A stretch of 64,000 nucleotides of DNA from an uncultured Candidatus Rokubacteria bacterium (lineage in GTDB: Bacteria; Methylomirabilota; Methylomirabilia; Rokubacteriales; CSP1-6), in the NCBI GenBank assembly GCA_963747235.1, contig CAVVEU010000025.1, forward strand, positions 1 through 64,000. The letters are read 5' to 3'. A program made the position numbers and the translations under genes. Under the pieces are notes generated by a model. The model was given only the letters and a program-made list of their open reading frames with translations. It was not told the DNA's origin and made no database searches. Of this stretch, positions 19,550 through 29,366 are shown piece by piece (the first letter of the stretch is position 1; the number at the start of each line of letters is the position of its first letter).

Positions 19550-21100
19550 CGCGAGAGGCGACTTGGCGGAGCGGCCGAGGGCGGTGACGAAGATCGCGTC
19601 CTTGCCCGCGGCGTGGGGCGAGAAGAACTCGACCACCGCGCGGTCGTAGAAGGTGAGGCCGCTGGCCCCGAAGCGCTGGCCGTAGGCGCCCAGGTAGAGC
19701 CGCCCGCCGATCAGACCCGCCTCCAGGTTCACGAGCCGGTAGCCGCGATTGCCCCACCGCTCGAGGACGCGCGTCAGGTCGGCGAGGAAGAAGACGGTCG
19801 CGCTCGAGGTCCCGCCCAGCGCCTGCTCGAGGCAGAGGAACGCGGACGCCTCGCGCACGTCCCCTGCCCGCAGGCGGGCGAGCGCATGCGCGCCGCGGTC
19901 ATACGCATAGGCCCCCGGCTCGATCCCGGTCACCGCGTGCACGTTGACGTAGAGATCCACCAGCCCCGAGGGCACATCGGCCGGGAACCCGCGCGTGGCG
20001 TGAAAGAGCGCGCTCGACAGCGCCTCCGCGGTGATCGCCTCGCCCGAGAACTCGCGCGTCGACCCCCGCTTCGCGATCGTCTCGCCGAGCGACCGCCCCG
20101 CCACGGCCAGCGGCGCCGGCAGCGGGGTCAGGTCTTGAATTACGACACCTGCGCGCGGCGAGGCGGGCGAAATGTCGGAATTCAAGACCTGACCACCGCC
20201 TGGCTCGCGCCAGTCGGTGACCTCGGCTTCGGAGTCGAGGCTCGAGTTGTCGTAGGCGTCGCGCAGGACCGGGTAGTCCACCTCTCGAGAGGACAGGGCG
20301 ATGATTTCGGGCGCGAGCGTGGTGATGACCGGGGACGCGGCGGCGCCCGGGCCCGGGGCGCCCAGTGGGACGGCCACGAGCGCGCCTTCCTTCTCGGCAT
20401 CGAGGCCGAGCAGGCCGTTGAGCTCCACCTCCACGAAGCCGGTGACCAGGCGCGCCGGCACGTCGAGCACCCGCGCCACCGCGAGGAGCTGGCCCAGCAG
20501 CGTGCCCGAATCCCAGAAGAGGTGCCGGTAGCCTCGCGCCTGGTACTTCCAGGTATTGCGCCAGTAGATCGCCGAGAGGATCAGCGAGGCCGGCTGCGCG
20601 GCCACCGCGTCGTCGGCCGTCGCCAGCGCCACCGCGCCCCGGAAGTCGCCCGGCGCGAAGCCGCCTCAGGCTGAAGTCGCCCGGACTGAAATGGTAGACG
20701 CCCGGCTCGAGCCCCTCGACCGCGCCGGCGATCACGTACACCTCGGTCTGGTAGAGCGCGCCGGTGGAGGCGGCGGCGCGGAAGTGGATCTGCGCGCCTC
20801 CCGGGTAGGTCTTGACCCGCGTGACCCCCGCGGAGAAGAAGAGCAGCGCGGCCAGGCGCTCGAGGTCGAGCGGCGCCGGACGGGCCGACGGATCGGCGGG
20901 CGCGAGCGCGGCGAACGTGTCGACGCCCAGCGCGAGAAGATCGGTCGGCAGGCGGATCTGCTCGAGCGCGGGATAGACCTTGAAGGGCAGCGGCTTGGTC
21001 TCCCAGTCGAGCACGTGCCCGCTCTGCCGCACCGACTCGGGCGAGTGCGCGGTGCGGTCGTGGTACTGGCGGGCGCTGGTGGTGTCGCGGTTGGCGGAGA
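19546..21100 (-). CDS. SagB/ThcOx-family tandem nitroreductase (frameshift near 20655; both ends uncertain)
   Basis: YHDRTAHS, FRAAASTGALY, WKYQARGYRHLFWDSG, second domain RGSTREF...RGYRLVNLEAG..GASGLTFYD. Confidence 0.8.
20126..20194. repeat. 69-bp palindromic (MITE/REP-like) element in-frame within the SagB-like gene
   Basis: 22-bp terminal inverted repeats GGTCAGGTCTTGAATT(A/C)CGACA with 1 mismatch; encodes GQVLNSDI...VVIQDLT. Confidence 0.8.
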
Positions 21101-21103
21101 TAG

Positions 21104-21180
21104 CCCCTCGATCCTCCTGTTCGCTCGCCTCGCCTTCGGCTTCAGCTCGCCCAGCGGCCCTCTCCCCGGTGGGGAGAGGG
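21104..21180 (-). repeat. Composite REP (family A hairpin plus family B module)
   Basis: CCCTCTCCCC-ACC-GGGGAGAGGG, then GGGCGAGCTGAAGCCGAAGGCGAGGCGAGC, ending in GAGGGG. Confidence 0.75.
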
Positions 21181-21183
21181 AAA

Positions 21184-22201
21184 TCAGCTGAAGTGGTAGG
21201 GCGGGCGGAACACGCCGCGCTCGGTGATGATGGCGCTGATCAGCGCGGCGGGCGTGACGTCGAAGGCCGGGTTGAACACGGGCGATGCCGCGGGAGCGGT
21301 CTGGCGCCCGGCCACGCCGCGTACCTCGGCCGCGTCGCGCTCCTCGATCACGATGGTGTCGCCGGTCGGGATCGAGGGGTCGATGGTGGAGGACGGCGCG
21401 GCCACGTAGAACGGGATGCCGTGGTGGCGCGCCAGCACCGCCACCGAGTACGTGCCGATCTTGTTGGCGGTGTCGCCGTTGGCCGCGATGCGATCCGCGC
21501 CGGTCACGACGAGGTCCACCTCGCCGCGCTTCATCACGAAGCCGGCGGCCACGTCGGAGATCAGCCGGTGCGGGATGCCCTCCTTGACCAGCTCCCACGC
21601 GGTGAGCCGCGAGCCCTGCATGACCGGGCGCGTCTCGTCCACCCAGACCATCGCGAGCTTCCCCCGCTCGTGCGCGGCGCGGATCACCCCGAGGGCGGTG
21701 CCGTAGCCCGCGGTGGCCAGCGCGCCCGCGTTGCAGTGGGTGAGCAGACGCGCCCCGTCCGGCACCAGCGTCGGCCCCGTGCGCGCCCATCGCGCGGTTC
21801 GCGGCCAGGTCCTCGGACAGGATGGCCTGGGCTTCTTCCAGGAGCCGCTCGCGCAGGCGCGCCGGCGGCACGTCCGCGCCGGCCACCACGAGCCGCCGCA
21901 TGCGGTCGAGCGCCCAGAACAGGTTGACCGCGGTGGGACGGGTGGCGGCGAGCCCCTTGATGGCCTCCTCGAGATCCGCGAGCAGCGCGGCGTGATTGGT
22001 GGCGCGGCTCGCCCGCGCCGCCAGGACCACACCGAACGCGGCGGCGACTCCGATGGCGGGCGCCCCGCGCACCACGAGGGTGCGGATGGCCTCGGCCACG
22101 TCCGGCCACGACGTGTACGCGCGCTCGACCTCCTCGGTGGGCAGCTTCGTCTGGTCGAGCAGCACCAGCCCGCCGTCCTCCCAGCGAACCGGCGTGATCA
22201 C
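21184..22201 (-). CDS. mtnA: S-methyl-5-thioribose-1-phosphate isomerase (frameshift near 21773)
   Basis: [62 protein letters not shown]. Confidence 0.93.
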
Positions 22202-22494
22202 CTGCGTCCTCCCTCTCCCCTCTGGGGAGAGGGCAGGGTGAGGGGCCGTCGCTCGATGCGGAACAGCTTGTCGCGCGACGTGGCGCCCCGCACCAGCGCG
22301 ACACGCGACGGCGCGACACCGAGCGCCTCCGCCAGCAGCGCGATCACCGCCCGGTTCGCCTCGCCGCCTTCGGGCGCCGCGGTCACCCGCACGCGGAACA
22401 CCCCATCCGCCTGCTCCACGACCTCATTGCGTCGCGCCTTCGGCTGCACGCGCACCTGCAACAGAGCGCTAGCTATTGTCGCCCTGGTTCGCAT
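22198..22494 (-). CDS. DUF167/YggU family protein
   Basis: VRVQPKARRN, VRVTAAPEGGEAN, GATSRDK; C-terminal tail encoded by a REP. Confidence 0.85.
   Translation of the reverse strand: MRTRATIASALLQVRVQPKARRNEVVEQADGVFRVRVTAAPEGGEANRAVIALLAEALGVAPSRVALVRGATSRDKLFRIERRPLTLPSPQRGEGGRR
22211..22245 (+). repeat. REP family A inside the DUF167 3' end
   Basis: CCCTCTCCCCTCTGGGGAGAGGGCAGGGTGAGGGG. Confidence 0.8.
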
Positions 22495-22945
22495 CGGCCT
22501 CGAGGTCCTGGTCCAGCAGACGCTGGTACATGTCCACGGTGGCCCGCAGGGACTCGGCGAGCTGCCGCCGCGTGCGCTTGAGCTGGCTGATCTGGGCCTG
22601 GATCGCGCCCTCGGCGGTGCGCGCGGCCTCGATGGTCTTCTCGCCCTGCATCTCGGCTTCCTTGATCACGAGCTGGGCCTCGCGCCGGGCATTGTCCTTC
22701 ATCTCCTCGACCATCCGCTGGGTGGTGACGAGGGTCTCCTGGAGCATGCGCTCGCGCTGCTCGAGGCCGCGGGTGCGCTCCTCGGCCGCCTGGAGGTGCT
22801 CCTTGAGCAGGGTGTTCTCCTTCAGCATGGCTTCGTAGTCGCCCGCCAGATCCTCGAGGAACGTGTCCACTTCCTGGACGTCGAAGCCACGGAACATTCG
22901 CACCGTGAACTGCTGCTGCCGGATATCCATGGGGGTGATGCGCAC
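22469..22945 (-). CDS. divIVA: DivIVA-domain protein
   Basis: ITPMDIRQQQFTVRMFRGFDVQEVDTFL followed by coiled coil. Confidence 0.88.
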   Translation of the reverse strand: MRITPMDIRQQQFTVRMFRGFDVQEVDTFLEDLAGDYEAMLKENTLLKEHLQAAEERTRGLEQRERMLQETLVTTQRMVEEMKDNARREAQLVIKEAEMQGEKTIEAARTAEGAIQAQISQLKRTRRQLAESLRATVDMYQRLLDQDLEADANQGDNS

Positions 22946-22955
22946 GGCGGCCTCC

Positions 22956-23219
22956 TCAGTGCTGAGCCTGGAAGAGCAGGCGCGGGAGGGCCCACTCCAC
23001 CAGCTGGATGGCGAAGATGACGATCAGCGGAGAGAAGTCGAGCCCACCGGTCTTCCACGGCGGCAGCAACCGTCGGGCCGGCGCCAGCACCGGCTCGGTG
23101 ATCCGGCGAAGGATCATCACGATGGGATTGCGGGGGTCCGGGCTCACCCAGGTGATCAGCGCGGCCGCGATGATCACCCACTTGTAGATGTCGAGCAGCA
23201 GAAAGATCAGATCGAGCAC
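22956..23219 (-). CDS. yggT: YggT family membrane protein
   Basis: TWVSPDPRNPIV..ITEPVLAPARR..GLDFSP. Confidence 0.92.
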   Translation of the reverse strand: MLDLIFLLLDIYKWVIIAAALITWVSPDPRNPIVMILRRITEPVLAPARRLLPPWKTGGLDFSPLIVIFAIQLVEWALPRLLFQAQH

Positions 23220-23220
23220 G

Positions 23221-24042
23221 CTAGGATCTCTTCCCCAGCTCGCGAGAGCGCTGCGTCGCGCGCTCCACGGCGCTGATGAATGTCCTCCGCACGCCTCCCT
23301 CTTCCAGCGCCGCGATGCCGGCGATGGTGGTACCCCCAGGGGAAGACACCATGTCCTTGAGCTGCCCCGGATGCATCCCGGTCTCGAGGATGAGCTTGGC
23401 CGAGCCGAGCACGGTCTGCGTGGCCAGGATCATCGCGGTGGCGCGGTCCAGCCCCATCTTCACGCCGCCGTCGGCGAGCGACTCGATCACGATGGCCACG
23501 TAGGCGGGCCCGGATCCCGAGAGCCCGGTGACCGCGTCGAGGTGGTCCTCGTCGAGCACCACCACGCGCCCGACCGCGCCGAAGAGCTCCTGCGCCATCT
23601 CCAGATCGCCGGACTCGAGCCCCTCGGCCCGCGCGATCGCGGTGACGCCTTCGAGCACGAGCGCGGGCGTGTTCGGCATCACCCGGATCAGGCGCGCGGG
23701 CTTGCCGAGCGCCTCGCGCAGGGCGGCCACCGGCACGCCCGCGGCCACCGAGATCAGCAGCCGGCCGCGATCCACCGCGCCCGCCACGTCCTTGAGCACC
23801 GCGCTCATGATCTGCGGCTTGACCGCCAGGATCACCACGTCCGCCTCCGCCACCAGCTCCCGGTTGGACGTGGCGGCGCGGATGCCGTACTGCTTGGCGA
23901 TCTGCTCGAGCCGGTCGGCGCGCGCGTCGGTGGCCGCGATGGACGAGGCGGGCACGAGCCCGGTCTGGAGCAGGCCCTTGATGATGGCCTCGCCCATGTT
24001 CCCCGATCCCAGGAAGCCGACCTTCTTGTCCTTGATGCTCAC
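23221..24042 (-). CDS. proC: Pyrroline-5-carboxylate reductase
   Basis: GSGNMG, LAVKPQ, RVMPNTP, TGLSGSGPAY, SPGGTT. Confidence 0.96.
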   Translation of the reverse strand: MSIKDKKVGFLGSGNMGEAIIKGLLQTGLVPASSIAATDARADRLEQIAKQYGIRAATSNRELVAEADVVILAVKPQIMSAVLKDVAGAVDRGRLLISVAAGVPVAALREALGKPARLIRVMPNTPALVLEGVTAIARAEGLESGDLEMAQELFGAVGRVVVLDEDHLDAVTGLSGSGPAYVAIVIESLADGGVKMGLDRATAMILATQTVLGSAKLILETGMHPGQLKDMVSSPGGTTIAGIAALEEGGVRRTFISAVERATQRSRELGKRS

Positions 24043-24725
24043 GGCTTCTCCTTCGTCATCGGGGCCCGCGGCCCGAAGATGGCGGTGCCGACCCGGACCA
24101 TGGTCGCGCCCTCCTCGATGGCCACCTCGTAGTCCGCGCTCATGCCCATGGACAGGTGCTCGAGCCCCAGGCTATCCCGCAGCTCCCGGAGCGCGCGGAA
24201 GTGCGGCCGCGTCTCTTCCGGCGTGGGCGCGGCGGGCGGGATGGCCATCAGGCCGCGCACGCGCAGGGCGGGCAGGCCGGCGACCGCCTCGCACAGGCGC
24301 TTCGTCTCCGCGGGGGCCACGCCCCCCTTCTGCGGCTCGTCACCGAGATTGACCTGCAGCAGGATGTTCAGCGTGCGCTCGGCGGCATGCGCGCGCCGGC
24401 TCAGCTCCTGGGCCAGCTCGAGCCGGTCCACCGAGTGGATCCAGTCGAAGAGGCGGGCGGCGTCCCGCGCCTTGTTGGTCTGGAGCCCCCCGATCAGGTG
24501 CCAGGGCACCGGGTGGCCGATCGCCTCGATCTTCTCGCGCGCTTCCTGGACACGGTTCTCCCCCAGGGCCGCGACGCCTGCCGCGACGGCCATCCGGACG
24601 CGCTCGGCGTCCATCGTCTTGGAGACCGCGATGAGGAGCACGTGGTCGGGGGAGCGACCGGATCGCGCGCACGCTCGCGCCACAGCCTCCTGGACTCGCC
24701 CGAGATTGGCGCGTATGTCCAGCAT
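24039..24725 (-). CDS. yggS: PLP homeostasis protein (YggS/PLPBP)
   Basis: AVSKT, GENRVQE, WHLIGGLQTNK, LSMGMSADY, VRVGTAIFG. Confidence 0.95.
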   Translation of the reverse strand: MLDIRANLGRVQEAVARACARSGRSPDHVLLIAVSKTMDAERVRMAVAAGVAALGENRVQEAREKIEAIGHPVPWHLIGGLQTNKARDAARLFDWIHSVDRLELAQELSRRAHAAERTLNILLQVNLGDEPQKGGVAPAETKRLCEAVAGLPALRVRGLMAIPPAAPTPEETRPHFRALRELRDSLGLEHLSMGMSADYEVAIEEGATMVRVGTAIFGPRAPMTKEKP

Positions 24726-24739
24726 GAGTGGAGGGGATT

Positions 24740-25504
24740 CTAGCACGCCCGCTCGGGCAGCGCCGCCACCGTGACCAGGCGGCCGGCGCCGCGCTCGCGG
24801 CGATAGGAGAAGAGCAGGTCCGGGCGGCACCCGGTGCAGAGGCCCAGGCTATCCACCCGGTCCGGCCGGACCCCCGCGGCGGTGAGCTGGTCCAGGTTGG
24901 CCCGCCAGAGGTCGAGCATCCACTTTCCCGGGCCCTTGGGGGTCATCCACGCCTCCCAGGCGCCGGGGAACGCCCCCTCGAACCGCTCGATCACGGGGGC
25001 ATCCACCTCGTAGCAGCAGGGGCCGATGGACGGGCCGATGGCCACCACCAGCTCGGCGGCCGCGCTGCCGGCCGCGACCAGGTCGGCAACGGCGGCGCGG
25101 ACCACCGACTGCACGGTACCCCGCCAGCCCGCGTGCACCGCGGCCAGCCGCCCGGCGCGCGCGTCGTAGAGCACGATGGGCAGGCAATCGGCGGTGGAGA
25201 TGGCCAGCGGCAGCCCGCGGCGGGCGGTGGCCAGCGCGTCACCGTGGCCCGCGAAGCCACCCCGCTCCGCCCGCAGCACGGCGGCGCCGTGCACCTGCTT
25301 CGCGAACGCGGCCGGGCCGCCGAGCCCGCGCGGAGCCAGGAGCGGCGCCGCCTCGGGCCCGAAGGGCGGCCGCGACTCGGTCGGCTTCACCACCCCGGGG
25401 AAATGCCGCGTGGTGAACAGGTGCGGCAGCCCGTGCTTCTCGAGCAGCCGGGACGTCACGAAGCGCGGCGGATCGTCGTGCAAACGTGGAGGGAATGTCG
25501 TCAC
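24740..25504 (-). CDS. pgeF: Peptidoglycan editing factor / purine nucleoside phosphorylase (YfiH/PgeF)
   Basis: FTTR, QVHG, TADCLP, AVHAGWRG, GPSIGPCCYEV, FSYRR. Confidence 0.92.
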   Translation of the reverse strand: MTTFPPRLHDDPPRFVTSRLLEKHGLPHLFTTRHFPGVVKPTESRPPFGPEAAPLLAPRGLGGPAAFAKQVHGAAVLRAERGGFAGHGDALATARRGLPLAISTADCLPIVLYDARAGRLAAVHAGWRGTVQSVVRAAVADLVAAGSAAAELVVAIGPSIGPCCYEVDAPVIERFEGAFPGAWEAWMTPKGPGKWMLDLWRANLDQLTAAGVRPDRVDSLGLCTGCRPDLLFSYRRERGAGRLVTVAALPERAC

Positions 25505-25535
25505 CCGGTCATTCTCTCACGACCCTCGGACATCT

Positions 25536-25569
25536 CCCTCTCCCCCTGGGGAGAGGGCAGGGTGAGGGG
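25536..25569 (+). repeat. REP family A
   Basis: CCCTCTCCCCCTGGGGAGAGGGCAGGGTGAGGGG. Confidence 0.8.
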
Positions 25570-25606
25570 CTCAGGCTCGGCCCCTACCTCGGCGACGTCG
25601 CGTCGC

Positions 25607-25840
25607 TTACTTGGCCGCGCCCCAGCGGAAGTCCACCCGCCCCAGCCCTAGCCAGCTTGGCGAGGAGAATCGGTCCTTCCATCGTGGCGTCGAGCACCTG
25701 CTCCTTGCGGGCCGACTCGATCACGACCTGCACGCCCGCCAGGTAGTCGCCGGACTTCTCGGCGGCGACGATCTTGAGGTTGTATTCCTTCTCCTTGGCG
25801 AGCAGCTCATCTCGCGAGTCCGCGCCGACTCCCCCGGAAA
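25607..25840 (-). pseudogene. Remnant of a small secreted carboxypeptidase-regulatory-like-domain protein
   Basis: SGGVGADSRDELLAKEKEYNLKIVAAEKSGDYLAGVQVVIESARKEQVLDATMEGPILLAKL, then jumps frame to GRVDFRWGAAK*. No start codon or signal peptide; in-frame TAG just upstream. Confidence 0.65.
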
Positions 25841-25915
25841 GGCAAGCCCAGTGTAGTCCCCGGGCTTCAGACGACTAGTGGACCTTGGTCTACCGGCGGG
25901 CCGCTCCCCGCCTTA

Positions 25916-25951
25916 CCCTCTCCCCCGTGGGGGAGAGGGCAGGGTGAGGGG
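25916..25951 (+). repeat. REP family A
   Basis: CCCTCTCCCCCGTGGGGGAGAGGGCAGGGTGAGGGG just downstream of ftsZ. Confidence 0.8.
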
Positions 25952-25971
25952 GCGAACGATCAGGCGAAGCG

Positions 25972-27124
25972 CTAGTCGGCCTGCCGCCGCAGGAACGCGG
26001 GCACGTCCAGATCCTCCTCCACCGGCTCCTCGCCTTCCGCGCGGAGGTCGGCGATGCGCTTGCGCCAGTCCTTGGCCGGCGCGGGACCGCGCGGCCCCGT
26101 GGCGATCGGGACGACCTTGGAGCTCGGCAGCGTCGCTTCCTTCCGCTCCGTGAATCCCGTCGCGATGACGGTGATGCGCACCTCGTCGTGGAGGCTCTCG
26201 TCGATCACCGCGCCGAAGATGATGTTGGCCTCCTCGTGCGCGGCCTCCTGGACGATCCGAGCCGCCTCTTCGACTTCATGGATCGAGAGGTCGGCCCCGC
26301 CCGTGAAGTTGATCAGGATGCCGCGCGCTCCCTCGATGGACGTCTCGTCGAGCAGCGGGCTCGCGACCGCCTTCTGCGCCGCGTCGAGCGCGCGGTTCTC
26401 GCCCTTGCCGAACCCGGTGCCCATGAGGGCCATGCCCATGCCGGACATGATCGTGCGCACGTCGGCGAAGTCGAGGTTGATCAGCCCGGGTACCAGGATC
26501 AGGTCCGAGATGCCCTGCACCGCCTGCAGCAGCACGGTGTCGGCGACCTTGAACGCCTCGAGCAGCGGGGTGCCGCGATCGACCACCGCGAGCAGCCGCT
26601 GGTTCGGGATGGCGATCAGGGTGTCCACCACCGCGCGCAGCTCGGCCATGCCCGCCTCGGCCTGGAGCGCGCGCTTGCGGCCCTCGAACGCGAACGGCTT
26701 GGTCACCACCGCGACGGTGAGGATGCCGAGCTCCTTGGCCACCGAGGCCACGATCGGCGCGGAGCCGGTGCCGGTGCCGCCGCCCAGGCCCGCGGTGACG
26801 AAGACCATATCGGCGCCTTCCAGCTCCTTCTTGATCGCCTCCCGATCCTCCAGCGCCGCGTTCTTGCCGACCTCCGGATCCGAGCCCGGCTCCCAGCCCT
26901 GAAGTCAGGCGCGCACCCAGCTGAAGCTTGACGGGCGCCGGCGACGACTTGAGTGCCTGCAGGTCGGTGTTGGCGACGATGAAATCCACGCCGGTGAAGG
27001 AGGCCGCCATCATGCGGTTGATCGCGTTGGAGCCGCCTCCGCCGAGGCCGATCACCTTGATCTTCGCCGCCCCGCGCTCCTCCGCCAGCTCGAACACCGG
27101 TCGCCGCCCCTGAGTGTGCTCCAT
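25972..27124 (-). CDS. ftsZ: Cell division protein FtsZ (frameshift near 26890)
   Basis: [36 protein letters not shown]-terminal [12 protein letters not shown]. Confidence 0.96.
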
Positions 27125-27199
27125 CGAGTCCTCCTTCAATCGAGCTCGTGGTTGCCGCGCCCGGACGGGCGGCACGTTCGTGAAGAGCTCCGCCTGTCC

Positions 27200-27229
27200 G
27201 GCGGCGCGCGAAGGCTTCCCCTCGCCGCC
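27200..27229. repeat. Hairpin related to repeat family B between ftsA and ftsZ
   Basis: GGCGGCG...CGCCGCC stem containing GGCTTCCCCTCGCC. Confidence 0.4.
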
Positions 27230-27233
27230 TCCC

Positions 27234-28481
27234 TTAGAAGAGTTCCGCAAACCAGTCCCTCAGGCGCCGGCCGGTGCGACCGACCAGCGTGCCATCGTCC
27301 ACTTCCGTGGGCCCGCCACCCGCGCCGTGGCCGCGCGCCCCGTAGAGCGCGAGCCCCACCGCGGTGGCGTGGATCGGGCTCTGCACCACGTCGGCGAGCC
27401 CGGAGAGCCCCGCGGGCACCCCGCGCCGCACCGGCATGTCGAAGACCTGCTCGGCCAGCTCGGGCACGCCGTGCATGATCGAGCTGCCGCCGGTGACCAC
27501 GACCCCGCCCGCGGCCACGTCGTTGAGCCCGCCGCGCACGAGGTCGCGCGCGACCAGCGTGAAGATCTCCTCCACGCGGGGCTGGATGATCTCGGACAGG
27601 ATCTGGCGCGAGAGCTGCCGCGCCTTGCGGCCGCCCACGCTCGGCACGTCCACCACCTCGTCCTCGCGCACCAGGGCCGTCAGCGCGCAGCCGTGCCGCT
27701 TCTTCAGCTCCTCCGCGTCCGCGGTCGGCGTGCGCAGGCCCACCGCGATGTCGTTGGAGATGTGGTCGCCGCCGAGCGGCAGGCTGCTCGTGTGCCAGAC
27801 CGCGCCGTCCCGGAAGAGGGCCACGTCGGTGGTGCCGCCGCCCAGATCGATCAAGAGAATCCCGAGCTCCTTCTCCTCGGCGGAGATCACCGCCTCCGCG
27901 GAGGCCAGGGGCTCGAGCACGAGATCCTGCACCTGCAGGCCGGCGCGGTTGACGCTGCGGACCACGTTGCGCACCGAGGTCGTGGCCCCGGTGACGAGGT
28001 GCACCTCCACCTCGAGCCGTACCCCGGACATGCCGAGCGGCTCCTTCACCCCGTCCTGGTCGTCCACCAGGAAGGTCTGGGGGAGCACGTGGATGATCTC
28101 GCGGTCCTGGGGCAGGTTGACCGCGCGGGCCGCGTCGAGCGCGCGCTCGATGTCGGCCTGGCTCACCTCGCGGTGCTTGCCGGAGACCGCCACCACCCCG
28201 CGGCTGTTGATGCCGCGGATGTGCCCGCCCGCCACCCCCGCGATCACCGACTGGATCTCCACGCCCGCCATCTCCTCGGCCTCCGCGACGGCGTGCTTGA
28301 TGGACTCGACGGTGGAGTCGATGTTCACCACCACGCCCTTGCGCAGCCCGCGCGACGGGCTCATCCCGACGCCGATGATGTCGAGATTGCCGATCGGTGA
28401 CCAGTCGGCGATGACGCAGCAGATCTTGGTCGTCCCCACGTCCAGTCCGGCGATGACCTGACGCACTCGGGATCTGGCCAT
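27234..28481 (-). CDS. ftsA: Cell division protein FtsA
   Basis: [32 protein letters not shown]. Confidence 0.96.
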   Translation of the reverse strand: MARSRVRQVIAGLDVGTTKICCVIADWSPIGNLDIIGVGMSPSRGLRKGVVVNIDSTVESIKHAVAEAEEMAGVEIQSVIAGVAGGHIRGINSRGVVAVSGKHREVSQADIERALDAARAVNLPQDREIIHVLPQTFLVDDQDGVKEPLGMSGVRLEVEVHLVTGATTSVRNVVRSVNRAGLQVQDLVLEPLASAEAVISAEEKELGILLIDLGGGTTDVALFRDGAVWHTSSLPLGGDHISNDIAVGLRTPTADAEELKKRHGCALTALVREDEVVDVPSVGGRKARQLSRQILSEIIQPRVEEIFTLVARDLVRGGLNDVAAGGVVVTGGSSIMHGVPELAEQVFDMPVRRGVPAGLSGLADVVQSPIHATAVGLALYGARGHGAGGGPTEVDDGTLVGRTGRRLRDWFAELF

Positions 28482-28489
28482 TCCCCTCC

Positions 28490-29278
28490 TCACCTCGCCA
28501 CGGTCTTGAGAACCACCTGATCGCGGAAGCGCAGATCGATCGCGCTGACCGGCTCGCCTCCCGCGCGTACCTGCGCCAGCACGCCCTGCAGCCGGCCGAG
28601 CCGGGCCTCCCAGTCCTCCGCGCCCAGGCGCACCTCGACGCCCTCCACCGTGTAGAGCACGGGGCCGTCCGGCCGGCTGACGTCGATCTCCGAGATCTGC
28701 CGCAGCAGCGCGGTCTCGGAGCGCAGCAGCACCCGCAGCAGCGAGATCCCGGCGGCCACCCGCGGGGCCGGCGTGCCGTCGCCCGTCGCGAGATCGGCGG
28801 GGCTCAGCCCGGTGATGACCGGCGCCTGCGGCACCACCGCGCGCGTCTCCGCGCCCAGGCTCACGCCCTGCTCGTCGATCCAGTGCAGCCGGCCCGCGTG
28901 GGCCAGCGTGAAGGGCCGCCGCTCTTCCACCGCCACCGTGACCCGGTTGGGGAAGCGCCGCACCACGTCGGCGCGCCGCACGAGCGGCAGGCCTTCGAGG
29001 CGCGCCACCACCGCGCTCCGGTCGAGCCGGAAGAGATTGATGCCCGGGCCGATGCCGGAGGCGGCCACGATCTCCTCCGGGGTGAGCCGGCTCGCCCCCA
29101 CCACCGCGACCTCGGTGATCGCGAAGCGCGGCGACGTGAGCAGCCAGCCGACCGCGACGCCCCCCGCGCCGAGCACCGCGAGCGACACCCCGATCGGCAC
29201 GATGCGCGCGGCGATCCACCGCGCGCGCCGGCTCACCCGCCGCGCGAGCCGCACCCGCGACACGCGCTGCCGCGCCAT
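28490..29278 (-). CDS. ftsQ: Cell division protein FtsQ/DivIB
   Basis: TM plus POTRA (RRFPNRVTVAVEERRP), C-terminal IDLRFRDQVV; start approximate. Confidence 0.85.
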   Translation of the reverse strand: MARQRVSRVRLARRVSRRARWIAARIVPIGVSLAVLGAGGVAVGWLLTSPRFAITEVAVVGASRLTPEEIVAASGIGPGINLFRLDRSAVVARLEGLPLVRRADVVRRFPNRVTVAVEERRPFTLAHAGRLHWIDEQGVSLGAETRAVVPQAPVITGLSPADLATGDGTPAPRVAAGISLLRVLLRSETALLRQISEIDVSRPDGPVLYTVEGVEVRLGAEDWEARLGRLQGVLAQVRAGGEPVSAIDLRFRDQVVLKTVAR

Positions 29279-29366
29279 GCGCCCGGCCCTGCTCGGCCAG
29301 ATCCTCGACCCGGCCTCGCCCGCCGCGCGGTGCGAGATCGGATTCGCACGGAGCTCAGTGTCGCTC

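Noticed and set aside
19546-21100. SagB-like gene as part of an azole RiPP cluster
   Set aside because: No YcaO, E1-like protein or precursor peptide nearby.
22469-22945. DivIVA in a diderm as an anomaly
   Set aside because: The yggS-proC-yggT-divIVA-DUF167 cluster is already known from Deltaproteobacteria-like diderms.
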